Shown: positions 31,792 through 40,827, numbered from the stretch's first letter. The stretch is DNA of 57,573 nt from Nitrospirae bacterium CG2_30_70_394 (GCA_001873295.1 MNYW01000016.1:1-57573), one strand, 5' to 3'. A program made the numbers and translations. The notes: generated from the letters alone by a model not told the origin.

Positions 31792-33780
31792 ATGGCCTTT
31801 CGCATGGTCACCGACTTCGCCCCGGAGGGGGATCAGCCGCGGGCGATCGAGATGCTAGTCGCGGGCCTCGACGCGGGAGTGGAGCACCAGGTCCTGCTGG
31901 GCGTCACCGGCTCGGGCAAGACTTTCACCATGGCGAAGGTCGTGGAGCGGGTGAACCGGCCGACCCTGGTGTTGGCGCCAAACAAGACGCTTGCGGCGCA
32001 GCTCTACTCGGAGTTCAAGGGGTACTTCCCGGACAACGCGGTGGCGTACTTCGTCTCCTACTACGACTACTACCAGCCGGAAGCGTACGTCCCCACCTCT
32101 GACACCTTCATCGAGAAGGACTCGGCGGTGAACGAGGAGATCGACCGGTTGCGCCACGCCGCCACCCGGGCGCTGTTGGAGCGCGATGACTGTTTGATCG
32201 TCGCGTCCGTGTCGTGCATCTACGGCCTCGGCTCACCCGAGGCGTACCAGGGGATGCTTCTGTATCTGGAGGAGGGGCAGGAGATCGGCCACCGCACCCT
32301 GCTGAAGCGGCTGGTGGAGATCCTCTACAAGCGCAATGACCTGGAGCTGGCGCGTGGCTGCTTCCGGGCGCGCGGCGAGGTGGTGGAGGTGTTCCCGCCA
32401 TCGGGGGAGACGGCGATCCGCATCGAGCTGTTCGGTGACACGGTGGAGTCGATTCGCGAGATCGACGCGCTTACCGGCGCCACCCTCGCGCGCCTCTCCC
32501 ACTACGCCGTCTACCCTGCCTCCCACTACGTGGTGGACGAGGCCCACCAGCAGCGCGCCATCGAGTCGATCAAACAGGAGCTTGGCCTGCGCCTCGCGGA
32601 GCTGGAGCGCGACGGCAAGCTGTTGGAGCGCGAGCGGCTGGAGCAGCGCACCCTCTTCGACCTGGAGATGATCCGCGAGCTGGGCTACTGCTCGGGGATC
32701 GAGAACTACTCGCGCCACCTCACCGGCACCGCCCCGGGTGAGCCGCCGCCGACCCTGCTGAATTACCTGCCGAAGCGGGCGCTGGTGATGATCGACGAGT
32801 CGCACGTCACCGTGCCGCAGCTCGGCGGCATGTACCGTGGCGACCGCAACCGCAAGCAGACCCTGGTGGACTACGGCTTTCGCCTCCCCTCGGCGCTGGA
32901 TAACCGGCCCCTCACCTTCGAGGAGTTCGAGCAGCGGGTCGGGCAACGGATCTACGTCTCCGCCACCCCAGGCCCGTACGAGCTCGAGCGGGCGGGTGGC
33001 CACGTGGTGGAGCAGATCATCCGCCCCACCGGCCTCACTGACCCGCTCGTCAAGGTCTGCCCGGCGCGCGGCCAGGTGGATGACCTGTTGGAGCGGATCC
33101 GCGGCCGTGTGGAGCAAGACGAGCGGGTCCTGATCACCACCCTCACCAAGCGCATGGCCGAGGACCTCACCGACTACTACACCGGTCTCGGCATCGCCTG
33201 CCGCTACCTCCACGCCGACGTCCCCACCCTCGAGCGGATGGAGATCCTCCGTGAGTTGCGCGAGGGCGCCTTCGACGTCCTTATCGGGATCAACCTCCTG
33301 CGCGAGGGGCTCGACCTCCCCGAGGTCTCGTTGGTGGCGATCCTCGACGCGGACAAGGAGGGGTTCCTGCGCTCCACGCGGTCGCTGATCCAGACCATCG
33401 GGCGGGCGGCGCGCAACCTCCACGGCGAGGTGATCCTTTACGCCGACACGATCACCGGCTCCATGCAGAGCGCCCTCGACGAGACCGGCCGGCGCCGGGC
33501 GATCCAGGCCGCCTACAACGCGGCCCACGACATCACCCCGCGAACGGTGACCAAGGCGATCGCCTCGCTTGCCGCGGCGGTGGCGGAGCACGACTACGTC
33601 ACCGTCCCCACCACCGCCGAGACGCGGGCGGACTACGTACCGCTCATGGAGATCGGCCAGACGATCAAGCGGCTGCGGGCGGAGATGCAGAAGGCGTCGA
33701 AGGGGCTTGAGTTCGAGGAGGCGGCGCTCCTGCGCGACCGGATCCGGGAGCTAGAAGAGCGGCAGCTCCGCTGCCGGTAA
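31792..33780 (+). CDS. uvrB: Excinuclease ABC subunit B
   Basis: [25 protein letters not shown], helicase motifs, and a C-terminal UVR domain ([15 protein letters not shown]). Confidence 0.95.
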   Translation: MAFRMVTDFAPEGDQPRAIEMLVAGLDAGVEHQVLLGVTGSGKTFTMAKVVERVNRPTLVLAPNKTLAAQLYSEFKGYFPDNAVAYFVSYYDYYQPEAYVPTSDTFIEKDSAVNEEIDRLRHAATRALLERDDCLIVASVSCIYGLGSPEAYQGMLLYLEEGQEIGHRTLLKRLVEILYKRNDLELARGCFRARGEVVEVFPPSGETAIRIELFGDTVESIREIDALTGATLARLSHYAVYPASHYVVDEAHQQRAIESIKQELGLRLAELERDGKLLERERLEQRTLFDLEMIRELGYCSGIENYSRHLTGTAPGEPPPTLLNYLPKRALVMIDESHVTVPQLGGMYRGDRNRKQTLVDYGFRLPSALDNRPLTFEEFEQRVGQRIYVSATPGPYELERAGGHVVEQIIRPTGLTDPLVKVCPARGQVDDLLERIRGRVEQDERVLITTLTKRMAEDLTDYYTGLGIACRYLHADVPTLERMEILRELREGAFDVLIGINLLREGLDLPEVSLVAILDADKEGFLRSTRSLIQTIGRAARNLHGEVILYADTITGSMQSALDETGRRRAIQAAYNAAHDITPRTVTKAIASLAAAVAEHDYVTVPTTAETRADYVPLMEIGQTIKRLRAEMQKASKGLEFEEAALLRDRIRELEERQLRCR

Positions 33781-33781
33781 T

Positions 33782-33842
33782 GGGGTCAGTTCTTTACTCT
33801 GTCCCCAACATTCATTTGAGTTTAAGGTAAAGACCTGACCCC
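33782..33842 (+). terminator. Long AT-rich hairpin immediately after uvrB (terminator candidate or other structured element)
   Basis: GGGGTCAGTTCTTTAC (33782-33797) pairs with GTAAAGACCTGACCCC (33827-33842), 16 bp with 1 mismatch and a 29-nt AT-rich loop. No U-tract. Confidence 0.4.
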
Positions 33843-33892
33843 AAGGACGGTGGCTTGTCTGGTTCGGGTGTGCCGCCCACCCTTCTTGGCCC

Positions 33893-34717
33893 ATGGCCAC
33901 GCCCTGCTCCGTCATTCGCCCGGGCCACCGGTATCAGCTCCTCCGGGGGGTCACCTACGGCCTCACCCTGGCGCTGGCGATCGCTATCCCGGCGCTTCAC
34001 GGGGTGAAGTTCGACATCCCTGCCGGCCTCTATTATCTCGGTGGCGAACCGGCACCGCCTCTGCGGGTGGTGAAGGCGTTCCTCCTCCTGGCAGTCGCCA
34101 CCGCCCTCGCCATCCTCGGCTCCACCTATCCCTTCGGCCGAATGTTCTGTGGCTGGTCATGTCCCGGTGGCCAGCTCGCGCGGCTGGCCCGCTGGCTCCA
34201 CCACGGCTGGCCCAAGCGCCATCTGCTCCTTCGCCACCTGCTCGCGGTGGGGGTCGCCTTCGGCGGCGCCCTTATTTGCCTCAACTGGTTTACCCACCTG
34301 GCGGTCCTCTGGGAGGCGGGACGGCCCGGCTTCGCCGGGGCGTGGCGGTGGGCGGCGGGGTTGACCGCGCTGTTCTACGTCGAGGGGGTGTGGCTCGGCT
34401 TTGTCTGGTGCGAGCGGATCTGTCCCTACGGCTGGTACCTCGGGATCATGGCGCAGGACAACCGGTTGCGGATCGCCTTCGCCGACCCCGACGGGGTGTG
34501 CGGCGACTGCGCCGCCTGCGCCAAGGCGTGCCCGGTGGGGCTCGACCCCCACGGCGCCAACTTTGCCGCCGATCGCTGCCTCACCTGCGGCACCTGCCTC
34601 GACACCTGCCAGGCGATCTTCGCTCGCCGCGACGGCGCTCCCCCCCTGGGTTGGGCCCACCGCCTGCCGGTGACTCCGGCTCCGCCGGCGGGCGAGGCGG
34701 GTGAGGGGTGGGGCTAG
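33893..34717 (+). CDS. Membrane 4Fe-4S-binding protein (NapH / CcoG / RdxA-like family)
   Basis: Motifs FCGWSCPGG and CERICPYGW, plus two ferredoxin clusters CGDCAACAKACP and CLTCGTCLDTC. Several TM segments. Confidence 0.7.
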   Translation: MATPCSVIRPGHRYQLLRGVTYGLTLALAIAIPALHGVKFDIPAGLYYLGGEPAPPLRVVKAFLLLAVATALAILGSTYPFGRMFCGWSCPGGQLARLARWLHHGWPKRHLLLRHLLAVGVAFGGALICLNWFTHLAVLWEAGRPGFAGAWRWAAGLTALFYVEGVWLGFVWCERICPYGWYLGIMAQDNRLRIAFADPDGVCGDCAACAKACPVGLDPHGANFAADRCLTCGTCLDTCQAIFARRDGAPPLGWAHRLPVTPAPPAGEAGEGWG

Positions 34718-34978
34718 GGCCTCGCGGAGGTTGTCGCAATCGACTGCGGAGTCGCGGCGCTCGGCCTGGCGCGGGTCCCTTGCGGCCGGTGATCGGCGGG
34801 GTGGGGTCCGCCACGGTCGCCGGCGCGGAACTCGACCCGGTTCGGGTGGGGTTCTTCGTTGACGCCGGCCGCGCCCGCCCACACCAGCCGGCCGGAGAGC
34901 CGATCCGGCACGGTCGCCGTTGGACGTTGAGCCCGGCTACCGCCTTGCCGCTCCCGCGCAGGGTCGCGCGCCGGTCCG

Positions 34979-35428
34979 TTACATCCACCGTCCCGCCGCG
35001 ACCAGGGCGGAGATGGTGAGGCCGAGGGTGAGGTTGAGGGTGACGATCCGGCGAATCGTCGCCTGCTGGGCCGCCGCCCCTTGGAGGTCGCCGGCGGCCA
35101 GGGCCGCGCCCATCCTGCGGTAGGGGGCGAAGGCGAGGTGGAGGAAGAGGGCAATCATCACCCACCCCGCCGCCTGCATCACGTGGACCGGCCATCCCAC
35201 CGCCCCCATGCCGCCCAAGCCGCCGATGAGGGCGTAGCCGGAGAGGGGCAAAACGACGATCGCCGCCCACACCCAACGGAAGAAGCGGTCGAAGACCCGT
35301 AGCCAGAGGGCCAGGCGCTGGGCCGGTTCTAGCTCCATGGCGGCGGGGCGCAGGACCAGGTGGGCGAAGAACATCCCGCCGACCCAGACGATCGCGGCGA
35401 GGAGGTGGAGGGCGTAGACGATGGCCAT
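34979..35428 (-). CDS. CopD-like / DUF2269-like small integral membrane protein
   Basis: 149 aa with 4 predicted TM helices. N-terminus MAIVYALHLLAAIVWVGGMFF is typical of CopD-domain proteins. Start chosen inside the longer track ORF. Confidence 0.5.
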   Translation of the reverse strand: MAIVYALHLLAAIVWVGGMFFAHLVLRPAAMELEPAQRLALWLRVFDRFFRWVWAAIVVLPLSGYALIGGLGGMGAVGWPVHVMQAAGWVMIALFLHLAFAPYRRMGAALAAGDLQGAAAQQATIRRIVTLNLTLGLTISALVAAGRWM

Positions 35429-35698
35429 CGGCGGCTCCGGTGCGGTAGATGGGGTGGGGGAGGAGGAGGGCGAGACCGCCGGCCGCGGGACGGCCGCGGT
35501 GATCGTGGTGGGCTGGCGCGCGTCCTCCGCTAGAGGTGGCCGTGTGGAGTCGCGCGGGGTGGCGTGGCGGGCGGCCGCCCCTTGTAGAGGCGGCGGCTGG
35601 TCAAACCAAGGCGGCGGGTGGACGCGGGCGGGGGGTCGCGGCCAACGCCGGCGCGCGCCGGTGATCGTGGCCTTGCCGGCCACCCGCGCACGCCGGCG

Positions 35699-36184
35699 TC
35701 ACCGCGCCAAAAGCTCGGGGGCGAAGATCGGGATCGGGCCGAGGTGGCCGACCTTGTCGATCAGGGGGAGGTCGATGTCTACCAGGGGCAGGTCGGGAAT
35801 CGGCAGGCGCAACGGGCCGAGGATGTTCTGCCAGCGGAAGAAGTCGCCGCGCTGGAGACGATCGAGGTCGGCGAGGGTGGGAACCGATTGGCCGCCGATC
35901 TTGCCGGTGGTGAAGTGGGGGGCGAGGTGGACGCGGTCGGCAAGCACCTCTTGGAGGATCACCCGCGCCGGGGGCCGCAGGGGCGCCGGGATCTGGGTGG
36001 TGAGGGAGTCCAGCGTGGCCTCCTCCGCCGCTTGATCGGCCCGCTCCCACGCAGGCTGGGTAAAACGCGGCAGGCGCGACGCCTCGATCAGGCTGTTGAG
36101 GGTCGCCGCCGTATCCGCCGCCACCGCCGGTGCGGCGGCCAGCAAACCGCTAAGCAGAGAGAAGGCGAGGCCGAGACGGAACAC
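35699..36184 (-). CDS. Secreted hypothetical protein
   Basis: GTG start gives a signal peptide (M)FRLGLAFSLLSGLLAAAPAVAAD. GC3-rich frame, no recognisable domain, weak RBS. Confidence 0.4.
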   Translation of the reverse strand: MFRLGLAFSLLSGLLAAAPAVAADTAATLNSLIEASRLPRFTQPAWERADQAAEEATLDSLTTQIPAPLRPPARVILQEVLADRVHLAPHFTTGKIGGQSVPTLADLDRLQRGDFFRWQNILGPLRLPIPDLPLVDIDLPLIDKVGHLGPIPIFAPELLAR

Positions 36185-36565
36185 CGGCGGAGGATCGACG
36201 AGCCGCCCGGCGAGGACAAGGAGCGGCGTGGTGATCTTCCACTCGGCCGGGAGGGTTGCCCGACCCCCAGGGCAAGACCACCCACCCCGCGACGACCTCG
36301 GCGTTTGCCGTGGTGGTACGCCGCTTCCTCTTGATCTTGCCACCGAGAGCCAGACGGCGCCGCGCGCGGGGACGCGGATCTCGTCCAGACTCCACGCGAG
36401 CGGCAAGTCGATGGTTTGAGCAGAGTGCGGCCGTTGCACGTTCGCAGGCGGACTCCATGGCAGCCTGCACCCTGCCTGGCCCCGTCCTTGCGCCGCGCTA
36501 CTTCCGGCCGTTGCCCTCGGCGCGCGGTCGGGTGCGATCGCGCGCCCCCGGTCTTCCGTGGTGCG

Positions 36566-38293
36566 CTACTTCCGGTTGTCGCCCTCGGCGCCGTCCTCGA
36601 GTAAGGCTGGGCCGCTGCGCAACAAGGCGAGGAGCTCGGTGCCGCTCGGGGCGGCGACCGCGGCCTGGCGGAGGGTCGCGCTGCGGAACAGACGGGCGAT
36701 GTCGGCGAGGATCTCGAGGTGGCCGCGTTCGTCGCCGCTGCCGGTTACCACGAGAAAGATGAGCTGGGCCGGCTTGCCATCGGGCGCATCGAAGTCGATC
36801 CCGCGACTGGAGACCCCCAAGGCCACCGCCGGCCGCGTGACCCCCGGCAGGCGGGCGTGGGGGGTGGCGACGCGCTCTCCGAGTCCCGTCGGCATCAGCT
36901 CTTCCCGTGCCCAGGCGGCCGCGAAGACCTCCTTCGCGTTCAGTCCGGACGCGGCTCCGAGGGCCGCGGCGAGGCGCTCGATGGCGGCGCGCCGGGTTGT
37001 GTCACCGAGGTCGGGTACAAACGCACGGGCCGGCAGGTGGTCCACCAGACGGCACGGTGTGTGGCGCCGCAGCACGTTCTTGACCAGCGAGCCGCTGGCC
37101 AACGAGGTGAGCACCGCCATGACCACCAGGGCCACGAACAGCCGCTCGTCGATCACCCGTGCCTCGAGGGCGGAGAGGCCGAGGATGATCTCCATGGCAC
37201 CGCGCGCGTTCATGCCGAATCCGACCGCCCAGGATTCGCGTGTGCCCAACCCGCCGGCGCGTGCCCCGAGGACGCTGCCGAGGATCTTGCCGGCGGAGGC
37301 GGTGATCAGCACGAACAGCACGAGGCCGAGATCGAAGTGGGCGACAAAGTCTAACTTAAGCCCGATCCCGGCGAAGAACAGCGGGGCGAAAAACGACGAG
37401 ACGAAGTCGTCGACCACCGCCATCGTACGGCGGCGCAAGTGGCGGGAGTCGCCGATCGCCACGCCAACCAGAAACGCCCCGAAGATGGCGTGCACACCAA
37501 TCCACTCGGTGAACCCCGCGGCCAACAGCGCCAGGCTCAGGGTGAAGGCGAGGACCCCCGCGGGCCACGAGGTGTGGGCGTGGATCCACGGCAGCGACCC
37601 ATCCACGACGCGCCGCACGCCCGCGATCATCACGACCGCGAAGATCAGCACGAACGCGACGGTGGCGCCGGGCGAGAAGATGCGCCCCTCGCCACCGAGC
37701 GTGCCAAGGACGATGGCGAAGATCATCCAGCCGACCAGATCCTGCAGCACGGCGGAGGCGACGATCAGCATGCCGAGGTCGGTCTGGAACACGTCCAGAT
37801 CGCGCAGCGTCCGGGCGATGACCGGCAGGGCGGAGATCGACATCGCCGTGCCGAGAAAGAGGGCGAAACCGAAGAGTGGTGTCACCGGCTGGTGGCCAAG
37901 CCAACGGGGCACTAGCCAGGCGCTGCCGAAACCCACCCCAAACGGGATGGCCATTCCGGCCACGGACACGGACAGGGCGGCCCGCCCCTGACGCCACACC
38001 GAGCCGAGATCGACCTCCAGACCCGCCATCAGCAGAAAGAGCGCGGCGGCCAGAACCGATAGCCCTTCGCGGACGTTGGCGACCGGCCCGCTGAGGGGAA
38101 AGATGGCGTGGCCGACGGCGGGGAAGATCGCGCCCAGACAGGTGGGGCCGAGGACGATCCCCGCGACGATCTCGCCCACGATCGTGGGTTGTCCCAGATG
38201 GCGCGCGACCTCGCCGAACAGGCGCGCGAGGACGAGCAGGGTGCCCACGGCAAAGAACATCATCGAGATGTCGAGCGCGTGGAGGGAGCCCAT
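36566..38293 (-). CDS. Cation:proton antiporter (CPA2/Kef-type) fused to a C-terminal PTS EIIA(Ntr/Fru)-type domain
   Basis: Na_H_exchanger TM core (GQPTIVGEIVAGIVLGP...). The C-terminal ~150 aa carry a PTS_EIIA_2-like region (MPTGLGERVATPHARL...AQLIFLVVTG). Confidence 0.85.
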   Translation of the reverse strand: MGSLHALDISMMFFAVGTLLVLARLFGEVARHLGQPTIVGEIVAGIVLGPTCLGAIFPAVGHAIFPLSGPVANVREGLSVLAAALFLLMAGLEVDLGSVWRQGRAALSVSVAGMAIPFGVGFGSAWLVPRWLGHQPVTPLFGFALFLGTAMSISALPVIARTLRDLDVFQTDLGMLIVASAVLQDLVGWMIFAIVLGTLGGEGRIFSPGATVAFVLIFAVVMIAGVRRVVDGSLPWIHAHTSWPAGVLAFTLSLALLAAGFTEWIGVHAIFGAFLVGVAIGDSRHLRRRTMAVVDDFVSSFFAPLFFAGIGLKLDFVAHFDLGLVLFVLITASAGKILGSVLGARAGGLGTRESWAVGFGMNARGAMEIILGLSALEARVIDERLFVALVVMAVLTSLASGSLVKNVLRRHTPCRLVDHLPARAFVPDLGDTTRRAAIERLAAALGAASGLNAKEVFAAAWAREELMPTGLGERVATPHARLPGVTRPAVALGVSSRGIDFDAPDGKPAQLIFLVVTGSGDERGHLEILADIARLFRSATLRQAAVAAPSGTELLALLRSGPALLEDGAEGDNRK

Positions 38294-38362
38294 GGTGGTT
38301 CCGAAGGTCGTGAGGGGTTGCGACGGTACGGTCGTCCATGACCGGTCGTGGCAGACCAAGAG

Positions 38363-38570
38363 TTTGTCGGACTTTGTCGATCGTGGCGAGAAGCAGCGGG
38401 CTCGAGTCCGGATCGACCCGTGCGTAGAGCCCGTGGGGCTCGTGCGACGAAGAACGTGATACGAGTCCGGGCCCGCGCGTCCTGCCCCACGAGTCCTGCC
38501 CCACGAGTCCTGCCCCACGAGTCCTGCCATGGTTCCGCTCGGCTCAGGAGATCGGGACAGAGTCCGCCCC
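38363..38570. repeat. Dispersed intergenic element, copy X3
   Basis: Left end TTTGTCGGACTTTGTCGATCG (38363-38383). Right end GGGACAGAGTCCGCCCC (38554-38570), inverted. Interior aligns with X1 and contains the 14-bp tandem repeat. Confidence 0.7.
38479..38528. repeat. Tandem repeat, 14-bp unit GTCCTGCCCCACGA x 3.6
   Basis: Three perfect units (38479-38492, 38493-38506, 38507-38520) plus a partial fourth. Related CGAGTCCGG motifs occur at about 38402 and 38461. Confidence 0.9.
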
Positions 38571-38964
38571 CTCCTCGTCTGCGCAGCACGGCGCAGTAGA
38601 GAGAATGGGCCGGGCGCTTAGGATCTTCCCGGCCGCGTCCCCGCCCGCACCGGCGGTCCACCGCGGCCAGGAAGCAGTGGGCGCGGCGCCGGGGGCCAAG
38701 GTCATGGGCTGGCGGCCTGAGCCGTCGATCGCGCATCCGGCCGGCCGCGGCCGGCGTGGGGGAGCAGCGGACGGGCTGACCGATCCACCCGGGTGGCGCG
38801 CCGGCGCGGCCATTCACCATGGTGGCGACCGGCTGGGCCCGGCGCGGGGCTGGTGGATTCACCCGTAAACGGGCGCATCTGGCCGGCCGTGGCTGGCGAC
38901 GCGGGGCGGTCGCTCACGCTAGAGCGGCGTAAGAGTCGCCGTGCGGTAACGCGACTCCTGCCGA

Positions 38965-39178
38965 GGTCACCCCTGCGCGCGCGGAGGGCAGGGGGAGGCG
39001 TGCGCCGCGCGTACCGGTAGCCCCGGAAGGTCACCCCTGCGCGCGCGGAGGGCAGGCTCGCTCAGCAACAGGACTACACCCCGCCCCCAGGTCACCCCTG
39101 CGCGCGCGGAGGGCAGGGGACAAAGCGGGCGCGGGGATGTTCCGTCATGCGGTCACCCCTGCGCGCGCGGAGGGCAGG
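38965..39178. CRISPR. Orphan mini-CRISPR array: 4 identical 28-bp repeats, 3 spacers (36, 33, 33 bp)
   Basis: GGTCACCCCTGCGCGCGCGGAGGGCAGG at 38965, 39029, 39090 and 39151. Periods are 64, 61 and 61 bp with unrelated spacers. The repeat has an internal hairpin CCCTGCG-CGCG-CGGAGGG. No cas genes anywhere in the 57.6-kb window (about 39 kb on one side of the array, 18 kb on the other). Confidence 0.6.
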
Positions 39179-39289
39179 GGGAGGCGTGCGCCGCGCCGCG
39201 CTTCGAGGTCCTTGCGTGCACCACCCGTGGGCGGTCGCCGCGCCCTGGGTGGTGGCTCCGCCCTGCCTCGCTCCAGCCGGGCCGCGAGG

Positions 39290-39553
39290 TCAGACGACGA
39301 GGCTCGGGTCCTCGAAGTTGGCGAGGAACTCGGCGACGTGGAGGCCGAGGTAGAGGCACCGATTGGACTCGATGCACTGGTCCGCCTCGACCGTGTCGAG
39401 GTAGGTGGTGAGGGTGTGGTCGCCCTTCCGCAGGGTGATGACCCAGGTTCCCTGCTCCTCGTCGCGCCACGCTACTACCTCGATGCTGTGGTCGCGGAGG
39501 GTGGGGTACAGCTGACGAATCTTGTCGATGAGCGTCTGTGAGGTGTACGGCAT
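39290..39553 (-). CDS. Small conserved-looking hypothetical protein (87 aa)
   Basis: Strong SD GGAAAGGAGAG 5 nt before the ATG. Balanced, non-repetitive sequence MPYTSQTLIDKIRQLYPTLRDHSIEVVAWRDEEQGTWVITLRKGDH...CIESNRC. Confidence 0.6.
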   Translation of the reverse strand: MPYTSQTLIDKIRQLYPTLRDHSIEVVAWRDEEQGTWVITLRKGDHTLTTYLDTVEADQCIESNRCLYLGLHVAEFLANFEDPSLVV

Positions 39554-39616
39554 CGGCTCTCCTTTCCTCACTCAAGCTCCTCCCGGATGGAGGTAAGTGT
39601 ATCGGCGTAACCCTCT

Positions 39617-40564
39617 CTATTCCTCGCTGGCCCCTCCTCCGAGGGAGGTGCCGGGCGCCAGCGGGTGGCCTTGGAGAAAGGCCCCGGCCGTCATCCGCCG
39701 TTTCCCCTCGGGTTGGAGCTCGGTGATCGCCAGGCAGCCGCTCGCGCACGCCACCACGATCGCGCAGCTCTCTATCGCCACCACCTGACCGGCGGGCCGC
39801 GCGGTCTCTCGCTCTAGCGGCACGGCGGCGTGGATGTTCAGGCGCTGGCCGTTGAGGTAGGTGAAGGCGCCGGGCCACGGGGTGAAACCGCGGATCCGGC
39901 GGTCGAGCTCCGCGGCCGGCCGCGACCAGTCGAGGCGGCCGTCGTCACGGTTGAGCTTGGGGATGGCGAGGGCGAGGTGGTCGTCCTGCGGAATCGGCGT
40001 CAGATCGCCGCGCTCCAGCCGCCGGAGGGTCTCCACCAACAGCGGGCCGGCGAGGGCGGCGAGGCGGTCGTGGAGGGTGGCGGCGGTCTCGCGCGGAGCG
40101 AGGGGGATGCGGCTTTGCAGAAGGATGTCGCCGGTGTCGATCCCCTCGCCCATAAACATGGTGGTGACGCCGCTGTCGCGTTCGCCGTTGACGATCACCC
40201 AGTGGATCGGTGAGCTGCCGCGGTAGCGGGGCAGGAGCGAGGCGTGGACGTTCACCGCCCCGAGGCGGGTCATCTGCAAGACGGCCTTGGGGAGGATGGC
40301 GCCGAAGGCGACCACCGCCATGGCGTCCGCCGCCACCGCCCGCAACCGCGCCTGCGCCGCCTCGTCCCTCAGGGTGGGCGGCTGGAAGACTGGGATCCCC
40401 AGGGTCTCGGCGCGCTGCTTCACCGGGGACGCCTGCACGTGCTTGCCGCGCCCCGCCGGCTTGTCCGGCCGGGTGACCACCAAGGCGACCTCGATCCCTG
40501 CCGCGACCAGGGCGTCGAGACAGGGGACCGCAAACTCGGGGGTGCCCATGTAGATCGTGCGCAT
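39617..40564 (-). CDS. fmt: Methionyl-tRNA formyltransferase
   Basis: MRTIYMGTPEFAVPCL N-terminus and the motifs NVHASLLPRYRG and TTMFM. Full-length, 315 aa. Confidence 0.95.
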   Translation of the reverse strand: MRTIYMGTPEFAVPCLDALVAAGIEVALVVTRPDKPAGRGKHVQASPVKQRAETLGIPVFQPPTLRDEAAQARLRAVAADAMAVVAFGAILPKAVLQMTRLGAVNVHASLLPRYRGSSPIHWVIVNGERDSGVTTMFMGEGIDTGDILLQSRIPLAPRETAATLHDRLAALAGPLLVETLRRLERGDLTPIPQDDHLALAIPKLNRDDGRLDWSRPAAELDRRIRGFTPWPGAFTYLNGQRLNIHAAVPLERETARPAGQVVAIESCAIVVACASGCLAITELQPEGKRRMTAGAFLQGHPLAPGTSLGGGASEE

Positions 40565-40654
40565 GGAGGGCTCGCTGGGGTTGCGGGGTGGGGGTTGAGA
40601 GATGGGGGGTGGACGGCCCTACGGGCTGGGAGATTATTGGGGGAGGTGGGCGGA

Positions 40655-40758
40655 GCGCCAACCCGTGAGCCAAGAAGAGGGTTGCGCCAAGGATGCCGGG
40701 CAGTGTGTCGGTGGGGAGACGTTGGGTGCGCCAACCCGTAAGCCAAGTGGGTTGCGCC
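40655..40758. repeat. Two copies of a REP-like hairpin element upstream of fmt
   Basis: GCGCCAACCCGTGAGCCAAGAAGAGGGTTGCGCC (40655-40688) and GCGCCAACCCGTAAGCCAAGTGGGTTGCGCC (40728-40758). Each folds as CAACCC/GGGTTG plus GCG/CGC. Confidence 0.7.
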
Positions 40759-40827
40759 GGCCGTGCCCATCCCTCTGCGGGTTGCAGGGTCGCCCCGGGT
40801 TCGTGGCGGGCGGCGATCGCCCCCCCC

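Noticed and set aside
38865-38892. Possible degenerate fifth CRISPR repeat (GGATTCACCCGTAAACGGGCGCATCTGG) left of the four-repeat array
   Set aside because: It lies 100 bp, not 61-64 bp, from repeat 1 and shares only scattered positions with the repeat consensus.
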